Shown here: piece after piece, positions 31,222-43,552 of the stretch
Numbering within the stretch: position 1 is the stretch's first letter
Layout of the letters: each line of letters begins with the position of its first letter
DNA from: an uncultured Pseudomonadota bacterium
GTDB taxonomy: Bacteria > Myxococcota_A > Bradymonadia > Bradymonadales > Bradymonadaceae
Direction of reading: 5' to 3'
NCBI GenBank assembly: GCA_913057905.1
Contig: CAJXPB010000007.1
Location: forward strand, 57,807-121,806
Length of the DNA stretch: 64,000 nucleotides
Notes under the pieces: generated by a model
Databases searched by the model: none
What the model was told of the DNA's origin: nothing
What the model saw: the letters and a program-made list of their open reading frames with translations, nothing else
Position numbers and translations under genes: made by a program

Positions 31222-32157
31222 ATGAATCGACTGGTATCAAATCACTCCCTATCGCTGTCGCTGCTGATTGTCGCCGCCGTCGGACTGTATTCCAGTGTCG
31301 CCCTCGCCGAAGACGCCGGCGACCAGCCCGAAAAAGCGGCCGAGCCGAAACAGGCCGAGTCGACGGGCGATGCCGGGACTGCAGACCAACCCAAGTCGGA
31401 TCGAGCCGCCGGTGCCCAGGAATCGTCGGAGACCGAGTCAGATGGAAATGGCTCCGACAGAATTCTGGTCGATTACACCGGCCGACTCCAGGACCAGAGC
31501 GGATCGCCGATCAGCGGCGTGTTTCACTTTGAGTTCAACCTCTACTCCGACAGCAAGTCCGCCGAACCCCTCTGGACGGAGACCCGATACGTCGCCGTCG
31601 TCGACGGCAGCTACACGTTACCCCTCGGACAGAATGTGAAACTGCAACGAGAACACATCGCCGGGCCCCGCTGGATCGGTGTCGAATTGGTCGGCGAGGG
31701 AGAGATTCTTCGAGATAAACTGTCGATCAAAGAGACGAGTCCCGACGATGAGGCCGATGGAGACGGAGCGGTCTCTGAGAAGACGAAACGTTGGCTCGAC
31801 CGAGCGGCCAACAACAGCGACATGACCTTTGCCGAGGTCGCCAAGCGCGCTGTCTTCGCCGACCGCGCCGACCGCGCGGAGACGGCCCAGAAGGTCGGCT
31901 CGCTGACGGCCGAGGAGATCGAGCGGCTCTCAAATCTTTCGATGGAGCGCCTCGGAGAACACATCGCCGACCCCGAAGCCCACGGGGCCACCGGTCGCAC
32001 GCTGGGCGACGAAACACGCGTGCTTGACCAGGTGGGCGGCTCGGGCGGTGCGAGTTACCGTACCGAATGTCCGCCGGGGTTCGTGGTCACCGGGATTAAG
32101 GGGGGCGCGGGCGACATGCTCGACAGCATCGCCCTCATCTGCCGCCGCCTACAGTAA
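31222..32157 (+). CDS. secreted protein, unknown family, with a Cys-bracketed C-terminal motif
   Basis: ORF from the TTG at 31207. I prefer the ATG at 31222 (MNRLVSNHSLSLSLLIVAAVGLYSSVALAEDAGD, a signal peptide). The C-terminus is ...YRTECPPGFVVTGIKGGAGDMLDSIALICRRLQ. Confidence 0.65.
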   Translation: MNRLVSNHSLSLSLLIVAAVGLYSSVALAEDAGDQPEKAAEPKQAESTGDAGTADQPKSDRAAGAQESSETESDGNGSDRILVDYTGRLQDQSGSPISGVFHFEFNLYSDSKSAEPLWTETRYVAVVDGSYTLPLGQNVKLQREHIAGPRWIGVELVGEGEILRDKLSIKETSPDDEADGDGAVSEKTKRWLDRAANNSDMTFAEVAKRAVFADRADRAETAQKVGSLTAEEIERLSNLSMERLGEHIADPEAHGATGRTLGDETRVLDQVGGSGGASYRTECPPGFVVTGIKGGAGDMLDSIALICRRLQ

Positions 32158-32182
32158 CGACCACTCACGTGGAGTTTCCGAG

Positions 32183-33016
32183 ATGGGATCTTTGAGCCGC
32201 GCAGCGCGAGTAATCTTGGTATCGGCTTGCCTGCTGGTTCTCAGCGGCATCTACGGCTGCGACTCAAAGGTCCGAGGCCCCTCCCAGAGCCCGGGCACCA
32301 CCGACACGGACCGAAAGGCCGAGCAGACCGCTGCCGCCGAAGAACCCGCGGCCCCTTCCGCGCCGACGGCCCCCTCGGCCTCGGCTCTGGATGACTTCAC
32401 CGACCACCTGTCCGGACAGGGCCCGCTGGTGGCGACAATCGACACCACCGAGGGTTCGATTCGCTGCCGGCTCTTCGAGGACCGCACCCCCATCACCGTC
32501 GCGAATTTCGTCGGGCTGGCTCGCGGGGAGATCACCTGGGCCGATCCCACCGATGGAGATGTCGTCCGCGGGAAGCCCTTCTACGACGGGGTCGAATTCC
32601 ACCGCGTCATTCCCGAATTTGTTATCCAGGCGGGCGACCGCACGGGCACTGGAAAGCACGGCCCCGGATACACGATCCCCGACGAATTCGACCCATCCTT
32701 GCGGTTCGAAGTCCCCGGCGTTCTCGGGATGGCCAATCGCGGGCCCGATACCGGCGGAAGTCAGTTCTTCATCACCGAAAAGCCGCTGCCGCACCTGAAT
32801 GACCGTCACACGGTCTTCGGCATCTGCCGGGATCTGGACACCGTCCGACAAATCGCCCGAACGCCGGCCGGACCGGACAATCATCCCGAAAACGCCGTCC
32901 TGATTCGACGTATCACCTTCGAGCGCAGCAGCTTTTCGCGGGATCTGCCTCCAGAGGGCGACCGGGAGGGTGCCGAGCCGCTGGAGTTGCCCAACGGCGA
33001 CGAAAGCAGCGGCTGA
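32183..33016 (+). CDS. cyclophilin-type peptidyl-prolyl cis-trans isomerase, lipoprotein
   Basis: ORF 32024..33016 trimmed to MGSLSRAARVILVSACLLVLSGIYGC (lipobox; ATG at 32183). Cyclophilin blocks FHRVIPEFVIQAGD and GMANRGPDTGGSQFFIT. Confidence 0.92.
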   Translation: MGSLSRAARVILVSACLLVLSGIYGCDSKVRGPSQSPGTTDTDRKAEQTAAAEEPAAPSAPTAPSASALDDFTDHLSGQGPLVATIDTTEGSIRCRLFEDRTPITVANFVGLARGEITWADPTDGDVVRGKPFYDGVEFHRVIPEFVIQAGDRTGTGKHGPGYTIPDEFDPSLRFEVPGVLGMANRGPDTGGSQFFITEKPLPHLNDRHTVFGICRDLDTVRQIARTPAGPDNHPENAVLIRRITFERSSFSRDLPPEGDREGAEPLELPNGDESSG

Positions 33017-33025
33017 CGTGCGCTG

Positions 33026-33607
33026 TCAGTCCGCCTCCGACGCCTCTTCAGATTCGTCGGCACCCGCGTCGGATGGCTCCTCGTCTTCGCTGTCGGCGTC
33101 TTCTCCATCGGGCTCTTCTCCCGACGGCCCTTTTACACTGAACTTTCCCGAAGCCTTCGGCTGAACCGCATCCTTATTCGGGATAAACCGCAGCTCCACC
33201 CGGGCTTCGAGCGACAGTTTCGTCAACATCTCCGCGAGTTCCTCGCTGAAGTCCATGTGCTCGAGGAAATCCCGAATTTCCTTTGAGACGATGCGCAGGA
33301 TCTCGCGCTTCAGCGAGTCGGCATGCTTGACAAACGATCCCGCCGCCTCGCGGGTCAGTTGACGCTCCTCCAATGCAGTTCGGATCTTCTCCTCGCGATC
33401 CGCCCATCCGTCGACGCCGGCCGCCAGGGCCCTGCGGACCACGTCCGGCAAGACCCCCTCCAGCGCCTTCAACAGGCGCGAGACCTGCTCGGGGTCCTCC
33501 AGTTCGTCCCAGCCTTCGGCCTCGAATTCGGCTTCCTCGATGACTTCTCGGGCCGACCGTTTTTGTGACCGACCCTCCGCTGACTCGTCGTTGTCATCGC
33601 CGCTCAA
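33026..33607 (-). CDS. hypothetical acidic protein
   Basis: 193 aa. The TTG start is preceded by AGGAGG 6 nt upstream. Both termini are strongly acidic and the core looks helical. No family recognised. Confidence 0.6.
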   Translation of the reverse strand: MSGDDNDESAEGRSQKRSAREVIEEAEFEAEGWDELEDPEQVSRLLKALEGVLPDVVRRALAAGVDGWADREEKIRTALEERQLTREAAGSFVKHADSLKREILRIVSKEIRDFLEHMDFSEELAEMLTKLSLEARVELRFIPNKDAVQPKASGKFSVKGPSGEEPDGEDADSEDEEPSDAGADESEEASEAD

Positions 33608-33675
33608 TGTTGCCTCCTTTGCTCACTGGAACCACCCGGACTCCGTCGGCCCTCACCCTCGTCGGTGAAGGTGGG

Positions 33676-36202
<2,527 letters not shown>

Positions 36203-36309
36203 GATTTGTCTCCTCGAATCGAAGCAATTCAGCGGCACGTTGCCTACACCTCACCCGCCCGGGTGTCAACGCCGAGCCCGTTTCCGCCGACGAGGACGGA
36301 CGGTCGCTC

Positions 36310-37476
36310 TCACCCGGTCGATTCCGCCGGCGGGATGTGCCACCGGCCCACCCGGTAGGCGCGGCCCCCCGGAATCTTCTCGACGACGCCGTTGAGCTCG
36401 AGCTCCAGCAACGTCGACTGCAATTGAGCCGGTTTCCAGTCGCATCGATCTTCGATCTCACTGACCTGTATCGACCGCCCATCCTGCGACTGGACACTCG
36501 CCAGGCATTCATTTGCAAGCCGCCGTGCATCGTCGGACAAACCGTCGGGAAGCGACCTCGTCTGCCGGCTCGGCCCGGAGTCGACGCCCATCCAGGCCAA
36601 CACATCATGAGGACCACGGACGGCCTGGGCCCCCTCGACGATCAACTGCAGACAGCCCGCGGCGAGCGTCTCGTCCAACCCGCCTGCCAGCGCACAGATG
36701 GGGCGACCGAGTGCCTTGGAGGCCTCAGCCGTCAACATCGTTCCGCTGTCGAGATCGCCTCGAACCACGAAGGTCGCGTCCCCCAGGGCTGCAATGAGCC
36801 GGTTCCGGCGCGGGAAATGGTGTGGCCGTGCGCTGGTGCCCAGCGGATACTCGGAGACGAGCCAACCGGCACGTGCGACGCGGTTAAACGTATCGGCGTT
36901 GCGCCGTGGCGTGGGATGATCGACGCCACAGGGCAACACCGAAATCGTGGGACGGCCGACCTCCAGACTCGCGTCGTGGGCCGCCACATCGACACCCAGC
37001 GCCCCCCCGCTGACAATGAGTATTCCTGCCTCGGCCAGCCGCGAGACGATCGAGCGGGTCCGCCGTACGTCCGCCACACCCACCGAACGGGATCCGACGA
37101 CCGACAATGTCTCTTCGACGTCCCAGAATCCCTGCGGCCCGACCACGTACAGAAACACAGGCGGATCATCCAGTATGGCCAATCGATCCGGGTAGCCGGG
37201 ATCGTCCCGGTGGACGATCCGTCCGCCCTCCGGGAGGGTGTCGAGCTCTCGTCGATACAGCGACTCCGGTGACGGGCCGTTGCAGATGTGGTGCTCGACT
37301 CGCTTGGCGGCCGCAGAGCCCAGGGGAAGAGAATTGAAAATCCTCGCCAGCGCCGAAGGGTCGAGGCCCCACAATCTCGATGCACCCCCATGGTCTTCCA
37401 ATCGATGAAGTGTCTGCGGGCCGACGCCCTGGATGCTCCAGAGAACCCATTGCGCCGAACGTTCTCGCGGTGTCAT
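36310..37476 (-). CDS. dprA: DNA-processing protein DprA (Smf)
   Basis: ORF 36310..37620 trimmed to the ATG at 37476 (MTPRERSAQWVLWSIQGVGPQTLHRL), because the longer form would overlap the PP2C gene. Rossmann-like core SGGALGVDVAAH and a C-terminal wHTH-like tail. Confidence 0.88.
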   Translation of the reverse strand: MTPRERSAQWVLWSIQGVGPQTLHRLEDHGGASRLWGLDPSALARIFNSLPLGSAAAKRVEHHICNGPSPESLYRRELDTLPEGGRIVHRDDPGYPDRLAILDDPPVFLYVVGPQGFWDVEETLSVVGSRSVGVADVRRTRSIVSRLAEAGILIVSGGALGVDVAAHDASLEVGRPTISVLPCGVDHPTPRRNADTFNRVARAGWLVSEYPLGTSARPHHFPRRNRLIAALGDATFVVRGDLDSGTMLTAEASKALGRPICALAGGLDETLAAGCLQLIVEGAQAVRGPHDVLAWMGVDSGPSRQTRSLPDGLSDDARRLANECLASVQSQDGRSIQVSEIEDRCDWKPAQLQSTLLELELNGVVEKIPGGRAYRVGRWHIPPAESTG

Positions 37477-37558
37477 ATCCCCTCCCGGATTCGGTGTACA
37501 CTCACCTACTGTTTTCGCCGGGATCCGGGATTCTGTTGCGGAGATAACGCGATGCGGG

Positions 37559-38407
37559 TCAGCCAGCCGGCGTGGCGTGGGCGAGGACGACAGTGATATT
37601 GTCCTCTCCGCCGTTTGCATTGGCCCGCTCGACCATCGATTCGCAGAGGTCGCCGAGCGGTTGGCCTTCCGATAGCGACCGGTCGATCATCGCGGCGAGC
37701 CGTTCCGTGGGGATCATATCGGTCAACCCATCGGAGCAGAGCAAAAAGACGTCGTCGGGCCGAAGCTCACCGTCGGTCGTCGCAACCTCGACATCCTCTC
37801 CGAGACCGCAGGCCCGGGTGATGACGTTTTTGTACGGAAAGAACTCGACCTGATCATCCGACAGGATGCCCATCTCGAGGTATTCGTTCGCCAAAGAATG
37901 GTCGTCGGTGACCTGCTCAAGGGCGCCGTCACGAAATCGGTAGACCCGCGAGTCTCCGATGTACCCGAGATAGACGCGGTCGTAGGTAAAGTAAGCCGAG
38001 ACGATGGTCGTCCCCATCCCGCGGTACAATTCGTTCCGGGAGGCCGATTCGAACACCGCCGTATTCGCGGCCTGGATCGCGTCGGCCAGCCGGCGCTCAT
38101 ACGGGTCTTCGTCGCTCTGAAGATCCAGCTCGTCGGCGGGGTGGTCTCGGTAGTATTCGACCATCGTCTTGATCGCCAACGCGCTGGCGACCTCCCCGGA
38201 GCGATGTCCTCCCATCCCGTCGGCGACGATGCAGAGAGCCTCGTCGTTTTGCGACAGGAAGAAGTCATCTTCGTTGTGGTCCCGGGCCCGGCCCACGTCC
38301 GTCATCCCGACGCACTCCAACGTCAGATGATTCAGACCGGTGGTGACAGCGTCCACCGCAGTGGCTTGTTTCATGTCAAATACCGCCGTCTGGCTACAAT
38401 TGTTCAT
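37559..38407 (-). CDS. PP2C-family Ser/Thr protein phosphatase
   Basis: 282 aa. Motifs [30 protein letters not shown] and GGEDNITVV. The M12 start at 38374 is also possible. Confidence 0.9.
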   Translation of the reverse strand: MNNCSQTAVFDMKQATAVDAVTTGLNHLTLECVGMTDVGRARDHNEDDFFLSQNDEALCIVADGMGGHRSGEVASALAIKTMVEYYRDHPADELDLQSDEDPYERRLADAIQAANTAVFESASRNELYRGMGTTIVSAYFTYDRVYLGYIGDSRVYRFRDGALEQVTDDHSLANEYLEMGILSDDQVEFFPYKNVITRACGLGEDVEVATTDGELRPDDVFLLCSDGLTDMIPTERLAAMIDRSLSEGQPLGDLCESMVERANANGGEDNITVVLAHATPAG

Positions 38408-38541
38408 CGTCGTCCGTCGTCTCCGGCCGCCTCATACCCCTTTGCCCCGTCCCGGCGGAACGGAAACGACCGTCGTAAGTTACCTAACAATGGTAGCACG
38501 GTGCCGCAGATGCACCAAACACCGGATTCCCGGATTGTCGG

Positions 38542-40359
38542 TCACGGCTCACCGACGCGCTGACCACTCCAGCGTCCGGTGACTTCGGCCGCCTCCGCCC
38601 TTCCCTCGCCGGCGGCCACATCGACGCGTCCGCTCCAGCGCCCCATCTCCAGCCGGTCGACTCGGCCGTCGGAATCGGTCTCGATCGCCGTGGCGTGCCC
38701 GCCGACCGAGACACCCGTCTCCCAGGCCAACTGTTCGAGCAGCAGGTCTGCCGTTCCAAAGAGTCCCTGGACGGCCGAGTCACAGGTCTGGGCGATGTCT
38801 TCGCGATACAGACATCGACCCAGCGCACAGACCCGTCCGTCGGCTCCGGTCACCGAGCGCGCCAACCCGTCGCAACGCAACCAATATCCGAAGGCCTCGG
38901 CCAGAGAACGCGCCTCTCCCCCCGTCAGCGCCGGCAGAATCGTCTCATTGAGCAGAAGCGTGATGAGTCGTCCGTAGCGCAGGGGGATGCCGTGCTGCTG
39001 GACCTCCAGACGGTCGTAGCCGGTCAATCGTCCCGACCAGGTGGAACTCAAGAGTCCGAGTCCGGCGATCTCGCCGGAGGGATCGGCGACCATCGGGATC
39101 GCGGCGCACGCCCGCTTGCGTCGTGCTGGCGAGCCCGCGCTCGCATCGGATCGGCACGCATCGAGATACCCGTCGTCGCAGAGGCCCCTCCAGTAGAGCG
39201 TAATCCCGAGCCAGTTGTCCCTTCCCCGAAGCGAGTAGCCCGACTGGGGTCCTGTAATCGAGGTCTCGCTGTGGACGGTCAGTCGAGCAACCACGTCGCG
39301 AAGGTCGCGGCCCGCCTCCCTGATTCGGCACATCGCACCATTGTTCTGGATGGCACGATCGATCAGCGATTGAAATTCCCGGTCGAGCCCGGTCTGCTCC
39401 AGGAAGAAATCGAGACTGCCGCCTACGACCCCACCCACCAGATACTTCACCAGCGAGACGATTTCTTCGTAGAGTGCCCGCCCGGGCTCGTGAAAGAGGT
39501 TCAACACCCGCAAAATCTGTTCTCCGACGGCGCCCGACTCCTCGACGGCAGCCGAGAAGTCCCAGTGAGACGTGGTCGCGTACACGCCGTCGACAGTCAT
39601 CGGAAGCATCGCCAGGACGATATCGCGGTTCGTCAGTACCCCCGAGGTCACGCGCACATCGTCGATGCATCCGCTGGCAGCGATCTGGCCGTGCTCCCCA
39701 CGGGCGACAGCGGCGGCCACGAGCTCTTCGTCGACCGGGAGTGAATCGAACCTGGCGACGGTCCCGGGAGCGTCGAAACGCTCGCGCCGCAGAATCTCAC
39801 CTTGACTCGCCGGGGCCGCGTAGGGTCGGAACCCGGCACAGCTCAGGTCATCGGCCCGATGGAGCCGCACATCGACATCCGTCAGTTCCGTGACAGATGA
39901 AGCCCCGTGGGTGATGTCGATTTCGAGGGCGCCCGTCGGAGCCGGATTCACCTGGAACGTCAGGTGAAGAGGCTCGGCTAGAGGGTGGCTGACCACCACC
40001 GTCAAGGTGCCGGGCCGGCCTCCAGCCCGGAGGCCGACTTCAGCTCGTCCGGTATCGTCCGTGCGCGTGCGCCGGGCCGTCATCTGCCCCTCTGCAGTTC
40101 CCTCCTGGACCCGGAATGTGACCTCCGCTCCGACCGACCCCGCTCCGAGGTCCGAATCCACCAGCACGACCGAGACGGTCGAGACGTCTCCGACCTGCAG
40201 AGTCGGCGAACTTCCCGTCGCATCGACCAGCCAGTAGCGACTCACCTCGTCGGGCGGATCCGGCTGCTGGAGTTCAACCGGATCCTCGACGCAGCCAAAC
40301 CCGAACGACGCGCACATGATCGTGACGACATACCAACGGCTCAGATATCCCCGTTTCAT
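38542..40359 (-). CDS. large lipoprotein with an N-terminal Ig-like (Big-type) segment; C-terminal ~400 aa unknown
   Basis: ORF trimmed to MKRGYLSRWYVVTIMCASFGFGC (lipobox; ATG at 40359). The segment VSVVLVDSDLGAGSVGAEVTFRVQEGTAEGQMTARRTRTDDTGRAEVGLRAGGRPGTLTVVVSH resembles bacterial Ig-like domains. Confidence 0.7.
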   Translation of the reverse strand: MKRGYLSRWYVVTIMCASFGFGCVEDPVELQQPDPPDEVSRYWLVDATGSSPTLQVGDVSTVSVVLVDSDLGAGSVGAEVTFRVQEGTAEGQMTARRTRTDDTGRAEVGLRAGGRPGTLTVVVSHPLAEPLHLTFQVNPAPTGALEIDITHGASSVTELTDVDVRLHRADDLSCAGFRPYAAPASQGEILRRERFDAPGTVARFDSLPVDEELVAAAVARGEHGQIAASGCIDDVRVTSGVLTNRDIVLAMLPMTVDGVYATTSHWDFSAAVEESGAVGEQILRVLNLFHEPGRALYEEIVSLVKYLVGGVVGGSLDFFLEQTGLDREFQSLIDRAIQNNGAMCRIREAGRDLRDVVARLTVHSETSITGPQSGYSLRGRDNWLGITLYWRGLCDDGYLDACRSDASAGSPARRKRACAAIPMVADPSGEIAGLGLLSSTWSGRLTGYDRLEVQQHGIPLRYGRLITLLLNETILPALTGGEARSLAEAFGYWLRCDGLARSVTGADGRVCALGRCLYREDIAQTCDSAVQGLFGTADLLLEQLAWETGVSVGGHATAIETDSDGRVDRLEMGRWSGRVDVAAGEGRAEAAEVTGRWSGQRVGEP

Positions 40360-40402
40360 CGCTCCCCCCTGAGAACACGAATTCGCTTTATGTGAACGTC
40401 CG

Positions 40403-40431
40403 ATGATACCCCCGGTCCATCGGGGATGCAA
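40403..40431 (-). promoter_or_regulatory. sigma70-type promoter candidate (TTGCAT-17 nt-TATCAT) for 38542..40359
   Basis: On the minus strand the -35 is at 40431..40426 and the -10 at 40408..40403. Lies downstream of the terminator at 40460..40493. Confidence 0.35.
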
Positions 40432-40459
40432 GTGGAAATTCAACCCTCGACGGGACCAC

Positions 40460-40493
40460 AAAAAAATCCCGGAGCCCAAAGGACTCCGGGATT
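40460..40493 (-). terminator. intrinsic terminator of 40519..41109
   Basis: Minus-strand reading is AATCCCGGAG-tcctttggg-CTCCGGGATT followed by T7 (the A run at 40460..40466 on the plus strand). Confidence 0.75.
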
Positions 40494-40518
40494 AAAGCTG
40501 TCGTGCGGAACGCCGCCG

Positions 40519-41109
40519 TCAGTTTCCGAGCTCCTGATCCGGTGAAAGAACACCGATCGTGACGAATGTGCCGACGGTCACCACCGACACACCGACGATC
40601 GTGCCGACGGTCTTCCAGGTGCTGAATTCACGGACCTTGGCGCCCTTGATGTCTTCAAGTCTCTCCAGCTTGTCGTACTCAGGCGAGACGAGCTGCTGCT
40701 CACTCATCATGAAGTTGAAGGGTGTGACCCGAAACTTCTCGCCATTCGTCTTGACGACCTGAATGGCATTGTTGGTCGACACCGGCACAGCCGTGCATCC
40801 GGGTTTGGCTTTGGCACCCTTCGATGTCGCGTCGCTCTTGGCCTTCTCGCCGTCGGCCATGGTGTCGCCGCTGTCCTGGGCGTTTCCCTCGTCGGACTTC
40901 GCCGCCGTTTCTTCGCCATCTGCGGCGGATTCGGAGGCGGTTTTGGCGGATGCGCAGTCGCCTTGAACCGTCACAACTTCTTTGATTTCGACTCCACTCT
41001 CCAGTTTCTCGAGCTCATCCTTGGAGATGAAGTAGGAGTTGTAACATCCCGCCTGCATGAATGCGGCGATGGTTATTGCAGCAACGAGCCGGTTTACTGT
41101 CGATGTCAT
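40519..41109 (-). CDS. lipoprotein with a C-terminal hydrophobic helix, unknown family
   Basis: ORF 40519..41541 trimmed to MTSTVNRLVAAITIAAFMQAGC (lipobox; ATG at 41109). The central part is acidic and lysine-rich. The C-terminal segment TVGTIVGVSVVTVGTFVTIGVL looks like a transmembrane helix. Confidence 0.6.
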   Translation of the reverse strand: MTSTVNRLVAAITIAAFMQAGCYNSYFISKDELEKLESGVEIKEVVTVQGDCASAKTASESAADGEETAAKSDEGNAQDSGDTMADGEKAKSDATSKGAKAKPGCTAVPVSTNNAIQVVKTNGEKFRVTPFNFMMSEQQLVSPEYDKLERLEDIKGAKVREFSTWKTVGTIVGVSVVTVGTFVTIGVLSPDQELGN

Positions 41110-41356
41110 GGGCTGTCCTCTAAACGGTATCCACTCGACCGTACGAGTCGAATTCCAATCGTTCGGCGACAAGACATTAAGGAAACAGAGTCCGACGCGC
41201 AACCGCCAATTCGTGGGCCGGATCGCCGGCCGGCTCTCGGCGTCTCGACCCGTGGTGGTTGCTTGAGGAAACGCGAAAGCTCGTCCACTCTCCGAGATCG
41301 TCCCGCTCGCCCCGAACGATCCGGATATGGCCTCAACTTCAGGAGAGACGACGGAC

Positions 41357-42025
41357 ATGCGAATCTTCCCGACCGGCGTCTCCGGAGCCGTACCGCTTGT
41401 CGCCGTTTCACTGGTATTGCTGTCGATGCCGGCGTCGGCTGCCGATCCACCCGACGCGGGATCGGAGTACAACGGCGCATTTCTGGAACCCTCGGTTCGT
41501 GGTGCCTTCGTGATCGGCCCGCAATGGAGGGGCTGGGCCATCGATGCCGGGATCCGCCAGGCCTTTCCGCTTTCACTGGCCGACGTACGTCTCTCTTATC
41601 GATTCGACCGTCTCGAACCGCGCGACGACGCGGGGCCGACCGCGCGTGCCATCGGCCCACTCAAGACCCACGGAGTCCGCGCTCACCTCGCCATTCATCC
41701 GCTGTATATCTTCACCTTCCGAAGTGACGGGCTCGGCTACCTGGCGAGTTCTGTGTTTGTGGAGTTCGGCCTGGGGCTCGACGTTCACACCTTCAAGCGT
41801 GCCGCCGACGATCTGCGCCGCAATTCTCGGTTTGGATGGTCGGTCGGCGCCGGATTCGACGTTCCTCTCATGGATCCGGACCGTGGCGCCGCCCCCTGGC
41901 TGAACATCGTCTACAGGTTTTCTCGCCGCTCGGTACACCCGGGGGCACTCGGCCCGACGCAGCCACTCAGGACCCACACCATTTTTGCCGGCCTGGGCTG
42001 GCGGATAAATGGCGCCATTTTCTGA
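41357..42025 (+). CDS. outer-membrane beta-barrel protein (small, OmpA/OmpW-like barrel)
   Basis: ATG at 41357 with AGGAGAG 10 nt upstream. Signal peptide ...LLSMPASAADPP, alternating beta-strand pattern, and a terminal aromatic residue (...GLGWRINGAIF). Confidence 0.65.
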   Translation: MRIFPTGVSGAVPLVAVSLVLLSMPASAADPPDAGSEYNGAFLEPSVRGAFVIGPQWRGWAIDAGIRQAFPLSLADVRLSYRFDRLEPRDDAGPTARAIGPLKTHGVRAHLAIHPLYIFTFRSDGLGYLASSVFVEFGLGLDVHTFKRAADDLRRNSRFGWSVGAGFDVPLMDPDRGAAPWLNIVYRFSRRSVHPGALGPTQPLRTHTIFAGLGWRINGAIF

Positions 42026-42028
42026 CAC

Positions 42029-43117
42029 TCAATCCCTCAGATAGCGATCCACCGCCCGCCGGTGCTCCGCGTAGGTCGTCGAAAAATGGTGTCGCCCGCT
42101 CCCGTCGCGTTTGGCCACATAGAACAGCAGATCCTCGGCTCCCGAAGCCTGCGAGGGATTTAGCGCGGCACGCAGACTCGCTCGACCGGGATTTGCGATG
42201 GGACCCGGCGGAAGACCGTCGTGTGTGTAGGTCGAATAGCGATTCTGCGGGTCCTTGCAGTGCGACGGCCGCGGCACCTCATCGTAGGTGTCCGGTCCGT
42301 ACACGCAGGTCGGATCGGTCTGCAACCGCATCGACGAATCGAGCCGATTGTAGATGACCTTGGCGACCTTCGGGCGCTCGGGGTCGACCGAGGTCTCGAC
42401 CTCGACGATACTCGCCAGGGTCACAAAGTCATGGCGCTCAAACCCGTATTGCTCTTCCAAGCGGTCCAACTGCTCGCCCGACTCCCGGGATATGTCGCTC
42501 CAGACGTCCCGCCATGTCGAAAACATACGATCGACGACCGTCTCGGCGGAGACATCCTCGCGGAAGCGGTACGTGTCCGGAAAGAGATAGCCTTCGAATG
42601 ACTCGTGGTCGCCGAGGCCCGCATCTTTCAGCGATGCGCGGTTCGTTGCCGCCTCCAGAAACTCGGACCGCTCGACGAGCCCCTCGGCCTCCACGTGGTC
42701 GGCCATGTGAAAGATCGTCCACCCCTCGACGAAGGTGATGCGCACGTCCCGGGGCTGTCCACCGCTGCGCAGTGCGTCGGCCACATCTCGCCAGCGCATC
42801 GGTCCCTCAAGAATAAAACTGCCGGCGTGGACCTCGGCCGGAAGGTCATTTAGCCGGGCCCAGACTCGGAAGGTCGCCGCATCCGAGACGACGCCGGCGG
42901 ACTCCAGTCGGCCGACGATCTCATTCCAGCCGGCCCCATTCGGAATCAGAAACTCCGTGGTCTCTCCTCTCTCGAGGACGACCCGTGTGGTCGCCGACCG
43001 GTAGTGAAGACCCATGGCGGCCAGGACGATAATCAGGACAACTCCCACACCCTGTGCAACTCGTATGGAGACGGTCTTCAACCCGAAGCCTCCCTTCCCC
43101 GAACGTGCGTGGTTCAA
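42029..43117 (-). CDS. mltG: endolytic murein transglycosylase MltG (YceG family)
   Basis: 362 aa. The TTG start overlaps the ruvX stop. N-terminal TM helix, then LASIVEVET, VIYNRL, LQTDPT and YSTYTHDGLPPGPIANPG blocks. Confidence 0.92.
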   Translation of the reverse strand: MNHARSGKGGFGLKTVSIRVAQGVGVVLIIVLAAMGLHYRSATTRVVLERGETTEFLIPNGAGWNEIVGRLESAGVVSDAATFRVWARLNDLPAEVHAGSFILEGPMRWRDVADALRSGGQPRDVRITFVEGWTIFHMADHVEAEGLVERSEFLEAATNRASLKDAGLGDHESFEGYLFPDTYRFREDVSAETVVDRMFSTWRDVWSDISRESGEQLDRLEEQYGFERHDFVTLASIVEVETSVDPERPKVAKVIYNRLDSSMRLQTDPTCVYGPDTYDEVPRPSHCKDPQNRYSTYTHDGLPPGPIANPGRASLRAALNPSQASGAEDLLFYVAKRDGSGRHHFSTTYAEHRRAVDRYLRD

Positions 43118-43545
43118 CTCTCTAGCGAATCGAGGTAGTTCTGCAGAATCTTCGCGGCAGCGACTCTGTCGATGACCGGCCGGCGCTTGCGTCGGGACAT
43201 ATCGGCGTCGATGAGCACCTGCTCGGCTCCCTGAGACGTCATTCGCTCATCCCATCGCTCGATCGGGATCTCGAGGTCCCTCTCTTCGAGGGCCGTCCGC
43301 AGCGCCGATTCGAATCGGCGGACCATGTCGACGGACCGGCCTTCGGTTCCGTCGAGTCGCAGGGGCCATCCGACGACCAGGGCGTCGACATCTCGCGCCT
43401 CGATGCGCTCGACGATCGTGGCGGCCATCTCCGACCACGATGCATCTTCGAGCGTCTCCAGCGGCGAAGCGACCGAGGCGTTGACGTCCGACACCGCCAG
43501 CCCCACACGTTTATGGCCTACATCGATCCCAAGGTACGTCGTCAT
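43114..43545 (-). CDS. ruvX: Holliday-junction resolvase-like nuclease RuvX (YqgF)
   Basis: ORF trimmed to MTTYLGIDVGHKRVGLAVSD (ATG at 43545). Contains the ...DERMTS... motif. Confidence 0.92.
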   Translation of the reverse strand: MTTYLGIDVGHKRVGLAVSDVNASVASPLETLEDASWSEMAATIVERIEARDVDALVVGWPLRLDGTEGRSVDMVRRFESALRTALEERDLEIPIERWDERMTSQGAEQVLIDADMSRRKRRPVIDRVAAAKILQNYLDSLES

Positions 43546-43552
43546 GGTCGAC

